64,000 bases of DNA from Monocercomonoides exilis PA203 (Eukaryota > Protista > Preaxostyla), in contig LSRY02000014.1 in the NCBI GenBank assembly GCA_001643675.2, positions 1,302,001 through 1,366,000 of the forward strand, in the 5' to 3' direction. Under the pieces are notes generated by a model. The model had not been told where the DNA came from. It was given only the letters and a program-made list of their open reading frames with translations, and ran no database searches. This document shows positions 51,695 through 64,000 of this stretch, piece after piece. Made by a program: the position numbers and the translations under genes. The first letter of the stretch is position 1. Each line of letters opens with the position of its first letter.

Positions 51695-51950
51695 GTGTGT
51701 TGATTTTTGAAATCATAATTTTTTATATATAAATTTCGGTAAGAATTTTCACATCTTATGCTTGTTAATGAACACAGAAAAATGAAAACTCCAATTAAAA
51801 ACATTACTGTTATTTTTTCAAATCATGCATTTTCAATTAAGACAATTGAGATGAATAAAACATATCAATGAAAAATTTATTTTCTATTTCTAGAAATATT
51901 AAAAATTATCAACACCCCGAAAAAAGATATGATTTCAAAAATAATCACCC
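51695..51950. mobile_element. MITE family B, copy 2 (256 bp, opposite orientation to copy 1)
   Basis: Right TIR identical to copy 1; left TIR 20/23. Flanks ATGT/ATTT. The interior aligns loosely to the reverse complement of copy 1. Confidence 0.75.
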
Positions 51951-52027
51951 ATTTATATTTTTATTAATAAAAAAATGAACAAATAAAAATTTGATCCCAT
52001 ATAACTGCTCGAAAAAGAAGTTTACAT

Positions 52028-52130
52028 GGGGGGAAGAAATTTTTTAGGTTATATATTTCTTACACTCAATTATTAATAATGTTTTTTTTTCAAAACTTTA
52101 AATATTTTCTTCATTACCACACATAGGAAT

Positions 52131-52166
<36 letters not shown>

Positions 52167-52231
52167 ATAAGAGAGCAGAAAAAGTTTGGAACAAAATACG
52201 GTTTTTTTCATAAAAGAAAAAATTACGCCCC
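52028..52231. mobile_element. Possible small TIR element (family D), degenerate
   Basis: GGGGGGAAGAAATT...AATTACGCCCC. Flanks ACAT/ATAT. The 3' part resembles 7944-7994. Confidence 0.35.
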
Positions 52232-52699
52232 ATATTCTATTAATGATGATCATTTTTTCAAATTTTCTTCTTTCTTCTAAACAAAAGAATTCTCCATTTT
52301 GTTAAAATAATTCATCTTTCCAATCATCACTTCATTTCTGTTCTGAAAAAAACAAAACTAAATAAAATAAAAACGAAAAAATAACAGAAAATAAATCCTC
52401 ACTCATGTTTGAAGTAGAAATACTTCAATTGCAAATCTTTAAATTTTACGCTGAAAAAATGAAGAGAAATAAAAGAAAAAGAAGAAGAAAAATAAGAATA
52501 GATAATGAATGGCTACATAAGGAGGATAAATAAAATGAAGTGATGCTTGTGAATTGAAGTCAAGGAGAAGTATTGAATAAAAATTTGAAAAGTTGTTTGT
52601 TTTGATTCAAAAGATGAATGTCAAATATTATGAATTTGAAGTGATATGTAAACGTGCAATCCAGATTAGAATGTATCGATTTTCCTTTGCTCATTGTGG

Positions 52700-55600
52700 C
52701 TACACATTGTTTTCCATCAATTCTCTCAATGATTCTTTCACCTGTGCCAATGTTAATCTTTCGTTAGGCTCGTCTGCCCACATCTTCTCCATCAGCTCAA
52801 CCAATTCTTCTCCTTCGATTCCTTCTGTCAGCGGTCGCACTCCATTCCTCATCATCTCCTGCGCTTCTTCTGCATCAAATTCACTCAGTGGCTCTTCTCC
52901 TGAGGTCATTTCATGGAGAATCAGTCCAAGTGTGAAAACAACTGCTTTTTCTATTCCATCATCTTCAGCTTCAGGTGCCTTCCATCGCTTCATTTCTTCC
53001 TTCTCCTTTTCATCCTCCAATTCCTCTGTCAAAACATAGATTTCATTTACGTTTCCTTCTTCAACAAAGATTGCATATGGACACAGCTGTTTCCCCATCA
53101 TTTCCATTCTTTCGTATCCAACTGAAATCAAATGCTCAAACAGCGCTGCAACTGCCAAAACCACTTCTTTCCCATCAACAACATCCATCGCTCTTGTTCC
53201 CAGCGTGAAATCACCTTGAACTGAATGAATGACCGAATGCAATGTTTTGATGTTCTTTTTCTCTTTCTCTCGAAATGGCTTCTTTGCTGATATCACATTG
53301 AGTGAATGTGATTGTGAAGCTCCAGAAACAGAAGCATTCTCGGAAAATTGCAATGGAGGTTCCAAATCTGGAAGATCATTTTCATTCAGAATTTCATCAT
53401 TGCTCATTGATGGAGGCTCTGGAAGATCTTCTTCATCGTTGTCAATGAGAAGTGGAATTTGGCTTGTCATCCCTTCCAGCAGTGTGGATGGCATCTCACT
53501 CATCTCAAAGCTCCCTCCATTATTTTCCCTTCTTCTCCTCTCTATCTTCCCCATTATCTCCTCATTTTCCATTCTCTCTTTCTCAACTTTCTTTTCTGAT
53601 TCTTTCAGTTTCTTTTGCAGAAACACAACCACCACAACAAACAAAATGACAAAAATCATAAGAACAACAATGCATCCAACAAAGGCAAATAAACTCCATT
53701 CAATACCGCTCTTTTTTTCGGTGCTGCTCCCTCTGTCACTTTCATTTATTTCTCTTTTTCTTTCATCTTCGTCTTTTATGTTGATATCTTCTTCATCTTT
53801 TGACTGAAACTTGCTTGCATTTTTCAGAATGAATGATTTTGTTGATGAGGGAGATTTTGCATTCCCAAATATAATACAAACGCTCACCTCGATTTCATCT
53901 CCACAACTGCTGATGAGATCTTTTGCCACACTTCCTTCAACTTCTCTTTCCGATAAGAATCTATTTGAATCAAATTCATGTTTTTCAAACTCTTTCTCTT
54001 CTCCTTTCCTCTTCACAACTGAGAATGACAAGTTGCACGGAACAAGAAGCATCCCTTTGAATATCAATTTCATTCTATCTGTCTCTTCTTTTGCTTCCAC
54101 ACTCTCCAACGCAGGAATGAAGAATGATGAATCTCTCTCAGAAACAATCCCTTCAAAACTGCACCCTTCATTCAACATCCAAAGAGATGTGTTCGGCAAA
54201 ACTCCATCTCCTCCTTTCAAACTCATCACATTCAATGTTCCAGAATCTGAACAGATGATATTTCTTCTCAGTGATGGATATCCTTCAATTGATGGATTGT
54301 TGTCAATGAACTCTCCTTTCTCAATTATCACATTTCCACCTCTCATTGTTATTCCACCTTCTGGTGAATTTGTGATTGTTGAAACTTTCATCATCACAGA
54401 ACTCTTCACAACATCCACGACAGATCCAGACCATCTGCACATCTCTTCTTCCTCGTTCAAATATTTCTCATTTCTTTCCTTTGAACTCCCATCGAAAATG
54501 CAACTGTCCATTTTCACATCCAAACAATCCTCCAATTTCATCAATTTCCATTTTGTGGTCTTTGAACTGACTCCACCTAGTGTGCAATTTGCCAATTGAA
54601 TTGTCTTTTTCATTGACAAGCAAGATATCAATGATTTTTCATTTCCTTCAACTGTGATATTTTCTGTATTAATATTGATAAGTTCCAATCGCCCACATTC
54701 ATTTATTTCAACAAGCGAATGAGAAACTGTTGAATTGCTGATCTCAAACAAATAAATCACTGATGGAAGTGATGATGAAAGATATATTGAAGATTTTTGA
54801 AGAATGAGATTTGATATTGTGCATCCATCAAGTTGTAATTCTCCTTTTGTCATTTTTATTGTGTGAAATCGAATATTTGCTAATCTTGTGTTTCCTTCTC
54901 CAGCCGATTGTTTTGAGTCAAATGAGCAATTTATTATCTCAAGAATTCCTCCTTCTGGTGATACAAATGATTCATGTTGAGAAATGAAATTCGAATCAAA
55001 CGCAAAGTTCACTCTCACCAACGAGACTGTTCCTGCTGTTGTTACTAATGCTTCTCTTGTTTTTTCAATCTCTGTTTCCACTTCAACTTCACACAAATCT
55101 CTGCTCTTTGAACTCAAACTCATTTCTTTCAGATCAAATTCTCTTTCAATCACACTCTTTTCAACAACAAATATCAGACTCAGAATATCTGAGGTCAAAT
55201 GTATCAGGCCATGATCAATTGAAGCACATGGAAGAGTTTTGGTTCCACACTGTTTATCATTCAATCCATTCACACTGCTCACAATAATCGTATCGCTCTG
55301 ATGAATAGTTACAAATCCAATCAGATTTATATCTTCTTTGTGTTCACAACTATCAATTCCATATATGGCATTAATTCGTGAATAATGATTCTCTCGAAGA
55401 TCAAATTGAAATTGACTTTCATTAATCTGCGATGATATATTGAAGCATTCAACAAAAATATCATTCCCCACTTTTGCTGTATTTGCGGAGAATATTATCC
55501 CCACAAATGTGAAATCAAGAAACCCTCTTTCCTTTGTTGCCAGATAAACTCCTCCTCCTTTCCCATCAATGCAGCTGCAATGACTGACAGTTGATTCAAT

Positions 55601-58600
55601 AATCTTCATTGATCCAGATGCACCCAATGTAAAGAATGTTGCCCCTCCTTTTTCACTTGATTCTGCTTTATCTTCTGTGATGTTGCTCGAATTCACAATC
55701 AAACAAATCTTTTTGCCACTCTTCAACTCCAAAATGCTTGCTCCATTGTCACTTCTCTTCACTCCTGAAAATGATGAATTATCAATATTGAGATTCATTT
55801 TCTCGTCCACTTCATTTATCTTTGTTGTTGTTGTTGATTCTGGTCCTTTGATCAGAAGAAGACATCCTTCGGTTTCATTCAACGATTCCACTCGAACATT
55901 CATCAAATTGCAAGAAACTCCAGCGTTGTTAATAACAAAAATACTGTTTCCAACATTGCATGATTCCATCGACAAATCATTCACTTCCACATTACCTCCA
56001 ATCACATCTACAAATACACAATCAAATCCATTGTTCACTTCTGCATCTGAATGGAATGAACATTCAGTTATCACCAATTCTCCTCTTTTGTTTGAAATAA
56101 TTGTTTTGGCTGAATTGCCAAATCCAGATGTCAGTTGCAGTTGGATATTTGTCAATTCAAGATGTTCATCATTTTCCATGAAATATTCCAGTAGATTTCC
56201 AATTGCCTTTTCAAAATTCAATATTGCTTTTGTTCCTTCTTCTCCCATTGAAGAAGCCTTTTTGATCTGATAATTGGACATGTCGAATGAATCTTGAACG
56301 ATGGTTGATCCTTCAATCTGAATTGTTTTCTTTCCTTCTCCATCGTTCATGTTTTTTATCCCTTTCCACATCGTGAAGCATGGTTCTTCTTCACTTCCAC
56401 ATCTTGCAACATCAAATCCGCCCAATGAGATAAATATCTCAGTTGAGCTGTATGGAATCAAAAACATGAATAAATCCTTTTCTTGATGATTGTTATCACT
56501 TCCTACAAACAGAGTTTTGTCATTTTTCATTGATGAATAATCGAAGTTGAATGACTCATTTGTGACAGTTGTATTTAAATCATTTGTTGAAATGAATATG
56601 TTCTTCCCATATTCTGCATCATTTCCATCAAATACAAGAGCATCAATAAATTCAAATTTTGCACCTGCTTCAGTCAGAGAAAGAAAAATCCCACCTCCCT
56701 TCCCATTTGATCCATTTGCCGATGGCGCGCAACACTTTTCAAATCTTGTTGATGACACATACAGTTCGGACGGATTCTCCAATGAAACTGACAGTCCTCC
56801 CCCTCCTTTTCCATTCTCACTCACCTCACATTCAAGGAATGTGCAATTCTCAATTCTCATTGTATCTTTGCTTCCATCTTCATTTGAATCAACACAAACA
56901 CATCCACCGTCTCCTGCTCCTCTCGTGATGTTCTCAAATGAGGTGTTCTTCAATGTGATCGATGAGCATTTCTCAACCTGAATTGCTCCACAACTTGAAA
57001 AATCACAATTTGCAATGGAGCAGTTCTGAATCGCAGCTGATCCACTTGTTGCAATCTCAATCAACCCTTTTGCTCCATCTGTGTTTGTTTGATTCATAAT
57101 CACCTCATCTATCAGGCATTCACAACTTCCATTCACAACAATCACACACCCTCCAAATCTCACATTCCCCACATTCCCCCCACAATTCATCCCAACTATC
57201 TCCACTTTCCCTCCACTTGCACTCACAAACGCATAATTCGCAGAATCTACTCTGCCTCCCATCTTTATCCTGCAATCCTCAAATCTCAATGTCCCTCCTG
57301 AAGAATGAACAAATGATGATCGATCCCCAATAGATCCTCCCAATTCAAACAATATCTCGGTGAATGTTGATGAAATACTGTTCATCACCAGTGCTTCTTG
57401 CGTTTTTGTTCCTGTTGTCTCCACTCGCAATCCAATAGCTTTGTCACTCGAATCTATCTCATATGACTGCTCGCTCAAAGTTATTTCCTCCTCAAATCCA
57501 AATATACCCGCAAGCCTCACAATTCGTTTCGAGTTGGGAAACCGATACTCAGCAGCTTTTTCAATTGTATTGCACGGATAATCAGCAAAACCGCACAGCC
57601 TGAAATCATTTCCATTTGCTTTCCCACTCACAAATACAGGTGATTGAAAAGTTCGCAGAAACAAGGCGAGTGGAATGATCATCTCAGGATTATCTCTTTC
57701 AATTCCGCTCAACTCACTGAAATCTGTCGCATTAATCCCAATTTGGGGATGAAATTCAATTGAAGTGCTGTTGATCACAGCTGATAAATCCTGTGCTTCC
57801 ACAAACACATTCTTTCCCTTCCAGGCATCACATCCATCAAAGACACAAAGTTCAATCCTGAAGCTGCATTCGTTGCTCAGGCAAGTCAGATACATTGCCC
57901 CTCCTTTTCCTTTCTTTGATTCATCAGCAGGCGATGAACATGACTCAAACATGACATTTGAATTGTCTCCAATTCGCAATTCGCTTCCTGTTTGCATCGA
58001 AATATGCATCCCTCCACCATCGCCATTTGCACAAGAGCAGCTTTTCAGCGTTGTGTTTGATAAGCTAAAAGAGCACCCAGAATCCAATGAACTGGAGAAA
58101 ATAGACCCACTTCCAGTGGTTCTTGTGATATTCTCAAAGGTCACATTCACTATTCTCTGTGAAATTGTTGAAGATAATTCAACTTCACTGAAGATTGGCA
58201 CTGAAAGAACCATATTCCGAATCTCCACATTTCTCAGTGAAATGCAATTCATATTCAACACAAATGGTGATGAATCTATTTCACTCCCTCTTGATTCAGG
58301 TGCTGGGGATAAAATGAGAACATCAGACAAAGAAAGCACTCCTGCGGAAGAGCTCACCACAAAAAGTCGTGGAGATGGATGTGCTGTTGAATCATGTTGG
58401 ATTTGAATTGCTGTTATCATCAAACTCCCACTCGACACGCTGAATAAAACTGAAGAGGCTTCCAACGATTGTGTTCGAACAATTGAGTTAAAATGGCTTT
58501 CTCCAGAAACTTCAATGTGCTTTTCTCTACACTCAATCGAAGCAAGCGGAACAAACATGGAAGCTAACAGCTTCACTCCTTGAACCGTGGCATATCCTGA

Positions 58601-60451
58601 ATTCCTCACAGCTCTTTCGATAGTTTTGCAGGGTTTGTCTTCCGATTTCCCACAAAGCAACTCAGCATCACTTCCGGTGCTGGAAACATAACGCTTCAGC
58701 AACCCCTTCCCTAACCAGGAATCATAATATGTTTGACTGCTATTGAACCAAACTCTTTGTTTTTTTGTGGTCGAGTACGATAATTCAAATGGACAGTCAA
58801 TCAAATTTGGATAAATAACATAAACATCATGTCCATTTCCATTTCCTGCAGTGTTTCCATCAAAAACGCAATGCTTCATAAAAATAAAATGTTTGCCAAT
58901 TTGCATGTTTATATACTGATGTATTTGAAATGCTCCACCTCCTAATCCGGCTGTATTCCCCTGAAATGCAGATTCTTTCAACAGAAACGAAGTATCAATT
59001 TCGCCATGAACAAATAAGGCTCCTGCGTCAGATCCTGCTTTGTTCTTAAAAAATGTGCATTTATCGACCAAGAATGGATCAACTTTCTTTCCGTCTCTTC
59101 CAAAAATCGTCACCAACCTTATAGCACCTGCATAATGGTCGCTAGAGTTGCAATTATCAAAAAGGCATCCTGTAATCAATATAAAACCCTCTGAAAAATT
59201 ATGACATTGAAGAGCACCAACCCCATCTGACGTTGAATAGCAACAAGAAAAATTAGAATCTTGGACAGTCACTCCACAAGCAGCTTCTGCATATACAGCA
59301 CCAATATGAGGAGCTGTGCAACTTCACGAATACATGTTGATAGTTGTTTATAAACAAATAAAATGAGGAAGAAAAACAGAATGAATATAAAGAAATGGGA
59401 AAAACAATAAAATGAAATTATAAATCTTTATCGTTTGTGGAATTATGTAAAAAGCATACGAAATAAATTCACTCCTTCGAACGGTTAGTGTAATTGGCAA
59501 TTTTGATGCAAGAATTGCTCCTCCAACCTCTGGAGATAAGCAACCATCAAATGTGTCGTCTTCAAATGTTTCTGATTGGGTCAGAACTTGGTGCCCTGAT
59601 TCTCCTGAATAGTATGCATTTGCATTTGCATTTCTGATGCATCGTTGATATGTGTTGTTGGATGAGCATAATGTTGTGCCTTCAGTGTTTATTGATTGAA
59701 TAACACCTCCATAAAACACATCGCAAACTTCACAGAACGAGCATCCTGAAATCGAATTCAAACTCTCTGAAATAGAAGAAGGAATTCTGATTGTTTGTGC
59801 TGAAGCGATCGACATGTTGCAAAATGAAGATCTTGCCAAATTCACATTTTCCTTTCCTGATGAAGAAAGAAACGGAGAAGATAGCAGTTGCACAGACGAA
59901 AAAGCAGAATTCGATATGCTCACTCTGTTTGATGTTTCGTGTGTTAAAAACGCTTCAGTTGGATGGGAAGCTATCAATGAAGGAATTCCATTTTCAGCAG
60001 CAGATGTTGTGAGTGAAATGTTCTCACAACACAAGCAACCACCAGTTTGCGCGAATGGAGGAATGCATCTTTTTGCTGAATATTTCATCGAGCAGCAGCT
60101 CAAAGACACAGAAGATTCGTAGATGAAAAACACTGAACTTTTCTCTCTTGAATAGATCTCAACATTCCACACTGAAAAAGTGGAATTCATAATGTGCATG
60201 CTCACATCAATTCGAGTTGAACTCCCGCAGCGTTGACTCTCTCTCCCATCATTTTTCTCCATATCCCCTGGTGGATTGTCGTTATTGTGCAGCATCTGCA
60301 AAGAATTTGGGGGAATAAAAAGAAGTAATTTTGATGTTTCCCTTGCTTCCTCATTCTCTTTTGGACAGAAATTATCCGTCATACCTCCACATGTTGCCAT
60401 TTTGGTAATAAAAGGCAGAAGCATAGCAAACAGATAATTTGATGCTTTCAT
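52700..60451 (-). CDS. Type I membrane protein: beta-helix-type Cys/Gly-rich ectodomain, single TM helix, cytoplasmic degenerate kinase C-lobe; ~2537 aa, 2 exons
   Basis: Exon 60451-59460 (MKASNYLFAMLLPF... signal-like) and exon 59321-52700 are joined by intron 59459-59322 (GTATGC...GAAG) in phase. GGA(I/L/M/F) repeats, four 'CG....PC..I/M' modules, TM 'WSLFAFVGCIVVLMIFVILFVVVVVFL', and tail 'RWKAPE..VVFTLGLILHEMTSGEEP..GVRP..MWADEPNER'. Confidence 0.9.
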
Positions 60452-63400
60452 GGCTAAGAAAGCGCTCTTCAAAATCTTGAATAATTCTGATCATGCCCAT
60501 AACTGCAATTGAGATGTCTTTTCTCCCTTTCTTGCTTCAACATCAGATTTTGTTGCTTCTCTCTTCAAAAAAGGCAAAAAGGATAAAATGTTATCTTTAT
60601 GAAGAAAAAATATATGAAGAATCCAAAAATAAAAAAGAGTGAATATATGAAAGATAAAAAGAAAAGAAAAGAAAAATATTTCCATTGCATACTCTTTTAA
60701 TCCACATGAAATGTATTTTGAAAGGATGAGAAATGATCCCAAATCGAAATGATATTGAATAGATTTTGCAAACAAATGCTGGAAAAAACATGGAGGAATT
60801 GAATTCCATCATAAGAAGCAAACTCTCCAGCAAAAGGAGAGATAATGAGCGTTGAAACAAATGAACAGGGGAAATGTGAGTTGAAAATGGAGATGCGCTT
60901 CGATTTTGCAAAAGATACCAGAAGCTGTAAAAAGGCATTGTTGATCGTTCGAAGAAGATGATGATTGAGAAAATTGTGCATCTTCCACTCCAATTTGAAA
61001 AAATGATCTTCTGAAATCACTTTCCTTCAAAATTCCTTTCCATTTATTTTTCAACTTTCAAGAGACATTTTCTTGTTTGACTCAGTATTTTTCTTCTTCT
61101 TTTCTTTTTCTGTTTCACTGTTTTCTTTTTCCTTTTTCCTTTCTTCATCAACAATTTGTTCATCTTCTTCACAAGCATTCTCTTCATCATTTGATTGCAA
61201 TTTCTTCATTCTTCAACATTTTTGACTCAATGCCTGCATGTTCTGCTCCTTCCTTCTCTTCCTCTTTCGAAATAAACAGCATCCGCTCATTCCTGCAAAA
61301 ATCATTTTTTTATCTCTTTATCTTGATAAATTGGCGCATTTTCCTTGAATTATTTTGATGGAGGCGTTCAGAGCATTTTTCTTGCTGAATCTTCCACATC
61401 TCAACTGCAGGGAAGCTGCTGAAAATCGATGTTCAAACTGAAGGCTGAAGAAATGAAAATGTGAGAGGAAACTCGCCAAAAGCAGAAAAAGCAGTCCAAG
61501 AAATTGAATCTCTTCAATACATCAGCACGAGCCTGCAAGAATGCACAACGAAAATATCAAATGCTATTGTCATTTATTCTATTTCTTGGGAAGATAAAAT
61601 ATACCATCATGAAAAAGAGAAGGCAATAATGAATTAAATGCGAGGAAACAGAATATTGAATAAATATTTGAATAATTACTCAAAATGAAGTTCAATGCAA
61701 ACCTCACAAGCACTTCAAGCAAACAATTTCTTGCAAATGATATTCTTTGTTCAGTGTTCTAAAAGCTTTCACCAATGTTGCAATTGAACGGAAATTCAAC
61801 TTTGCTGTTGCCTTTTGCTTGGCCAATCCTTTCTTATTTTTCTGATATTCTTTTTTATTGTTTTATTCCTTTTTAAGTCCATTTCTTTCGTTAATTTCTT
61901 TGATCTTCTTGGAGTCCAATCTGCCTTTATGCTTTTTTCCTCATTCGTCAAACAGCTCCCTTTGCCCAAAATTCTTTCAATCAGATCAAAGATTTCTTTG
62001 CTTTGCTTTTCCTTTCGCTTTTCCATTCAAATCATAAACCATTTTCCAATGTCTTCATTTGTCTCGTTTTTTCTCTTTTGCATCATTCACAATTTTTTTT
62101 GGAGGCATTCCATTCAATGCCATTCTTCTGTCCAACTTTGCAGCAAGCCTTCTTAGCGAACGGCTGTGAGGCGAAATTTGACTTTTCTTCTGAAAAAGAA
62201 CTTATCAATGGAAAATGAATTAGAAGAAAGCCATTTGCATTCACCAAAACAGAAAATAAGAAATTGAAAAATTGTAATTAAAAGCAAACTTTGATTTCTC
62301 AGCCACCAAAGGAAAATGGTAATTTGTTTAAAAAAAATGGTTGTTTTCTGATGAAAATGAATAATGTCAGTGATAAATCCAATGAAGATGGCACGAATCA
62401 ATAAAACTGAAAGCCTGTGATAAAATAGAATAAAAAGAATGCTGGCAAAAGGTAATCCCAAGTGTGCATCTGGATGCATAAGCGCAGAAAACGGATGAAA
62501 TTCAAGATTCTGAGTCTTGAAGCTTTGATGGATGAGGCTTTCAGAGGAATTCAAAAGAATAATGAGCATTTCACGAAGTCCACTGCCCTTTTGTTGAAAA
62601 TACAAATAGGCTTTCAAATGGAACGATATGGGTGATTCCGCATCCTTCAATTGAATCACAGACATTTTCCATTTTCCTCATTTAAGTTTGCACTTTTCTT
62701 TCTTTTGAGCGCATAACCCGAAGTAAATGTACTATTTTCCTTTTCCTGAGTGTGAGAGACGTTTGATTTTTTGTGTGTATTATCGCACTGAATGTTCAAA
62801 TTGTTGCTGACACCAAAATCCTTTTCAGCAAAAAAATGCAAATTTTGAGTTTTAAGGCTTTGCTCGATTTGAAAATGTTTTTTCCACGATTTATGGTCAA
62901 TTGCATCCCAGTTTTGAATTTGCCAATAAAGATGATAACGAAGAAAACGAAATAATTTATAAAATTGGTAAAAGATATCTTTCCACTCGATTTGGTTCAT
63001 CGAAACAACGTCCATTTATGCGATTTTTGATGGTAACTCCATTTTCTCGTAAAGCAGCACTCACTTCCGCTTTAATGGCAAAGATTTTGGAAATTAACTC
63101 TGAATGAAAGATTCTATTTTATTATGGGGAAACTGAATTTTTTGGATGAAACAAAAAACATACACAATTTCCATAATTTGGAAAAGTGCAAGCTCGAATA
63201 AAACAAAAAAAAAAAATATTATCCTTTTTTAAATTTGTGGAATAATTGACAAATTTCAAAAAAAAGTTGCTATTGAAAATCCAGAATGCGAAGGGAGAAA
63301 TAAATATTTCTTTAATAATGAAATCTTTTTTTTTTTATTTTTATTTTTTTTTTAATTTTTTTTTTTTTTTTTTTTTTTTTCGAGGAAAATACACCAATAA

Positions 63401-64000
63401 TTATTCAACATCGAAAAAGTTTAATTCAACATCGAAAATTCTTTATCATCAAAAAATTTGAAAAAAATTTAAAAATTCATGCTCATGTCAGTTTCTTTTA
63501 TTTCGAAGTTTTATTTGAGAAATTTGTCAATTTCAATTAGAAAAATATTTTTTGGCGTTTTTTGGTGTTTGAAAGTGTGAAATAGTGGAAATAGGATAAA
63601 ACTGAATTATTGTAAAACTCTTTTCAATTATTCGGGTGATTATAAGGAATTTGAGCAAAAAATAAAAGTGATAGGATAGTTCATGATCTTGTTTTTTGTG
63701 CAAAAAGACAGAAATTTTTTTCATTTTTGAAAACGTAATGTTTGGAATTTCATTTATTGCATTGGAAACTGATAAAATAAAACATTTTCAATCTTCAAAA
63801 TGAGAAAAGAATCGACTGATATCAGTCTTTATCATAGAAAACAGTAGTTAAAAACATAAGAAAATCATTTCCAATAATAAAACATTTGTTATTATCAACA
63901 TTTGTGTTAATGAAAATATTTTGGTTTTGACTTAAATTGAAATTTTGAACAAATAATCTTCTTTTTCGATTTAGAATTTAACATTTTCGATTTCGAATGA

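Noticed and set aside
1-64000. Non-standard genetic code (TAA/TAG = Gln, as in some oxymonads)
   Set aside because: Very long ORFs have no in-frame TAR codons and genes end at TAA/TAG (calreticulin's VREL is followed by TAA). In-frame stops occur only in frameshifted TE relics.
1-64000. CRISPR array, rRNA or prokaryotic operon
   Set aside because: No regularly spaced repeats or rRNA motifs were seen; the gene structure is spliceosomal and eukaryotic.

Overview
Eukaryotic protist genomic DNA using the standard code (stops TAA/TAG/TGA), with AT-rich intergenic DNA and short GT-AG introns. Gene content and style suggest an oxymonad such as Monocercomonoides (inference). All gene models and family assignments come from manual translation and recalled motifs, not database searches. 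Five protein-coding genes: (1) a >2460-aa Cys/Gly-rich beta-helix-type surface protein running off the left edge, missed by the ORF track; (2) a 7-exon HEAT-repeat gene resembling DNAAF5/HEATR2; (3) head-to-head with it, a ~8980-aa Furry/Tao3/Mor2-like scaffold with a 25.9-kb last exon that ends in a coiled coil plus an RGS-like domain; (4) a divergent calreticulin; (5) a ~2540-aa paralogue of gene 1 with a TM helix and a truncated pseudokinase tail. Two intergenic TE-rich zones (7.7-13.9 kb and 48.5-52.3 kb) hold three decayed DD35D pogo/Fot1-like transposases that share an apparent intron, plus 3-4 small TIR/foldback (MITE-like) families, several with GGG termini and 4-bp A..T TSDs. The best novelty candidate is the giant Furry-RGS fusion.
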